64,000 nucleotides of DNA from assembly GCA_965204755.1 (NCBI GenBank), contig OZ242011.1, forward strand, positions 2,144,001 to 2,208,000. Reading direction: 5' to 3'. Below the pieces are notes generated by a model that saw nothing but the letters and a program-made list of their open reading frames with translations, had not been told where the DNA came from and did no database searches. The position numbers and the translations under genes are program-made. Shown here in pieces: positions 61,529 through 64,000 of the stretch (position 1 is the first letter of the stretch; every line of letters begins with the position of its first letter). This DNA is from Candidatus Marinacidobacterium sp. (GTDB taxonomy: Bacteria > Acidobacteriota > Vicinamibacteria > Marinacidobacterales > Marinacidobacteraceae).

Positions 61529-64000
61529 GGTTCCAGCCCCGGAGACCGATCGCTCGAGGCCCCGCTCGACTTACTCCCCTGACCCGGCGGAGGTGAGGAG
61601 TCCGTCGGCGGTCGGTCTTCGGCGCCGCCGGTCAGGTGGCGGTCGAAGAAGTCGGTCATGCGGCGGTAACTGTCGCGGCGGGTGGGGATTTCGTCCCAGC
61701 CGTGGTCCTCCACCGGATAGACCACGAGGTCGAAGTCCTTCTGCTTCTCGATGAGGATCTGCGCCAGCCGGAAGGAGTCCTGGATCTGGACATTGCCGTC
61801 CACCAGGCCGTGCTGGATCTGGAGCGCGTCTTCCAGCCCGTCGGCGTAGTACACCGGGCTCGAAACGCGGTAGGCCTCCTCGTCGTCGAGTTGGCTGCCG
61901 TTCAGGATGCGGCTCGTGTACCCCTGGTTGTAGTGGGCCCAGTCGGTCACCGGGTAGAGGGCCACTCCCGCCGCATACCTCCCGGGATGGCGGAAGAGGG
62001 ACATCAGCGTGAAGAAGCCGCCGTAGGAGCCGCCGTACACCCCGATTCGTCCGGGGTGGACGCCGTTCCGTTCGACGAGTCGGTCGAGCAGCGGCAGGGC
62101 GCTGTCGATGTCGGAGACGCCCATCTGCCGGTAGGCGTAGGTGCGGTTCCGGTGCCCGTAGCCGGAACTCCCCCGGTAGTCCACGGAAGCGGCGGCATAC
62201 CCGCGTTGCCGGAGGAAGTTCGCATAGACGATGCTGCCGAGTCGGCTCCAGCCCTTGACCACCGCCTGCGCGCACTCCCCGCAGCCGTGCGCGTACACCA
62301 CCGCCGGCGTCTCGCCGGCGACGGCGCCTTCGGGGGTGTCCCAGATGCGCGCCCAAGCCGTGTTGCCGTCGGGCAGGTCGTACTCCACGATCTCGCTTCC
62401 CGCCCAGGCCGTCCGGTAGAAGGCGTCGGTTCCGCTCTTGGTGACGCGGACCGGTTCGGCGCCGGATTCCGCGGCGTCCAGCAGGTGGAGGTCGCCGAAC
62501 TCGGTGAGCGACTGGCGGACGAGGGCCACCCGTCCGCCGTCCGGGGAGACCTCCCAGGAGTGCATCGCCTCCCCCTCGGTCAGCCGGGTGAGCGGGCCGC
62601 CCTGCGCCGGCAGCCGGTAGAGATGCTCCTCGCCCGGGTGTTCCCTGCTGGTGGTGAGGAAGAACGACTCGCCGTCCGGCGCGAGTTCGGCGCGCCGCAC
62701 TTCGAACGCGCCTTCCGTGAGCGCCGAGACTTCGCCGCCTTCGGGCCTCGCGAGCAGCAACATGGCCCAGCCGCTCTCCACCGACCCGAAGACGAAACCC
62801 CGGGAGTCCGGAAGCCAGGTGAGCATTCCCGGCCGCCAGCGCCCTTCGACCAGCGGACCGCCGATCCACGCCTCTTCGGTCTGGTGGTCGAGGTGGCGGA
62901 GCGCGGCGGTGTCGAAGTCCAGCAGCGAGATCCAGCGGCTCTTGTGATCCATGGAGAGCGTCTGCATCGCGGCCCACCGGCCGTCGGGGCTCCATTCCGG
63001 GCCGTGGATGACGGTCGCCCGTTCCTCGCCGTCCTCGATCCAGCGGATGTCGATGTCTTCCTGCCGCGCGGCGGGGTCCACCTCGACGAACCCGGTGCGC
63101 CAGGACGGGAGCGCTTCGCCGACCTTGGGCCGCGCGTCCTTCTCCGTCGCCCGCCCGCTCTCGTTCACGAACTCCATGAACTCGGTCCGGCGCGGCTCCG
63201 CCGGGTCCTTCCGCGAACGGAACGCGAGGTATCGGCCGTCGGGGGACAGCCGCAGGTCAGTAATCCGCTCCCCCTTCGGGACCGGTATCCGCTGCGGCGG
63301 CGCGGTGCGCTGCATCCGGCGCAATTCCTCCCGGCGTTCTTCGCGTTCCTTCCGTTCCCGCACGACGGCGACCAGTTCGGTCTGCTGCGCCTCCAACCAC
63401 GCCTGTTGTTTCGAGTCCTCCTCTTCCGCCGGAACCGCTTCGGCCACCTGGCGGACCAGCCCGGAGGCGAGGTCGTACTCCCACAGGTCGCCGTTCTCCG
63501 AAGCGGTCGGGGTCAGCCCCTCCGTGGCGAAGTGGAGGACGCTCCCGTCCGGACGCATCCGCAGCGCGCCGAGCGATCCCGCGGCGGAATAGACCGCGCG
63601 GGTTCCCCGTTCGGCGGTCCAGACGAACAGCGTCCCGTCCCGGCTCCAGGCGGTGGCGCCCGTGTCCCGGGAACGAACCGCGTCCGCTCCCGGAACCAGC
63701 CGGACCTCGTCCGGCGCGAGTTCGCGCAGCGTCCGCCCTTCCCGGTCGGCGGCGAACCAGGGGTCGTCCTCCGGCAACTGCCCGGGGGTCGGGGATTCAT
63801 TCCAGCGGAAGTAGATCTCGCTCCCGTCGGGCGCCCAGCGCAGGTCGCGCGGCGCGAGCCCGAAGACCCGGGGGCCGCCGCCGAGGTGGTCGAGCGTCAG
63901 TCGGAAGGTCGGGTCGGCGTCTTCGGGCGTCAGGGAAGACTGGGAGCGCAACTGCGCGGACGCCGGCAGGACGCCGCAGAGCGAAACGGCGGCGGCGGCC
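61525..64000 (-). CDS. S9-family (prolyl oligopeptidase/DPP-IV-like) peptidase, 5' end off the window
   Basis: Beta-propeller repeats (WSPDG, LSPDG), VDYRGSSGYG, nucleophile GGSYGG, HGLVDGNV, YPVEDHG. Confidence 0.92.
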   Translation of the reverse strand, partial: AAAAVSLCGVLPASAQLRSQSSLTPEDADPTFRLTLDHLGGGPRVFGLAPRDLRWAPDGSEIYFRWNESPTPGQLPEDDPWFAADREGRTLRELAPDEVRLVPGADAVRSRDTGATAWSRDGTLFVWTAERGTRAVYSAAGSLGALRMRPDGSVLHFATEGLTPTASENGDLWEYDLASGLVRQVAEAVPAEEEDSKQQAWLEAQQTELVAVVRERKEREERREELRRMQRTAPPQRIPVPKGERITDLRLSPDGRYLAFRSRKDPAEPRRTEFMEFVNESGRATEKDARPKVGEALPSWRTGFVEVDPAARQEDIDIRWIEDGEERATVIHGPEWSPDGRWAAMQTLSMDHKSRWISLLDFDTAALRHLDHQTEEAWIGGPLVEGRWRPGMLTWLPDSRGFVFGSVESGWAMLLLARPEGGEVSALTEGAFEVRRAELAPDGESFFLTTSREHPGEEHLYRLPAQGGPLTRLTEGEAMHSWEVSPDGGRVALVRQSLTEFGDLHLLDAAESGAEPVRVTKSGTDAFYRTAWAGSEIVEYDLPDGNTAWARIWDTPEGAVAGETPAVVYAHGCGECAQAVVKGWSRLGSIVYANFLRQRGYAAASVDYRGSSGYGHRNRTYAYRQMGVSDIDSALPLLDRLVERNGVHPGRIGVYGGSYGGFFTLMSLFRHPGRYAAGVALYPVTDWAHYNQGYTSRILNGSQLDDEEAYRVSSPVYYADGLEDALQIQHGLVDGNVQIQDSFRLAQILIEKQKDFDLVVYPVEDHGWDEIPTRRDSYRRMTDFFDRHLTGGAEDRPPTDSSPPPGQGSKSSGASSDRSPGLEP

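Overview
This is a very GC-rich bacterial chromosome segment, probably Acidobacteriota (inferred from the S21 sequence, YpdA and tandem cyclophilin). Na+-NQR suggests a marine or saline habitat. The core genes are nqrAB...nqrCDEF, rpsU-purD-purE, purM-purN-tyrS-rlmN, MBL hydrolase-purB-purS-purQ-purL-purF, and several peptidases. Accessory and defence DNA is interleaved with them. (1) A DUF499 ATPase / DUF1156 methyltransferase locus whose methyltransferase is frameshifted exactly at an (AG)23 tract. (2) A SNF2 + SWIM pair with a histone-H1-like tail. (3) A ~5.9 kb insert splitting the nqr operon, carrying an NrtR-like Nudix regulator, DUF6569/ARPP-1, DUF488, a nuclease-like ORF, and a 1.25 kb array of ~40 TCGATC-anchored ~32-bp units that abuts a diverged 5' duplicate of the nuclease-like gene. 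(4) A membrane glycosyltransferase frameshifted at a G23 tract. (5) A convergent type II R-M-like pair, an orphan methyltransferase inside the pur operon, and a DprA + PRTase (ShosTA-like) pair. Non-coding signals include tandem NrdR-like boxes, a candidate multibranch RNA and a tandem structured ~110-nt element between purS and purQ. AGCT and ACGT look strongly depleted. I saw no tRNA, rRNA, CRISPR, transposase or integrase. All family calls are from motif recognition by eye; no database searches were run.
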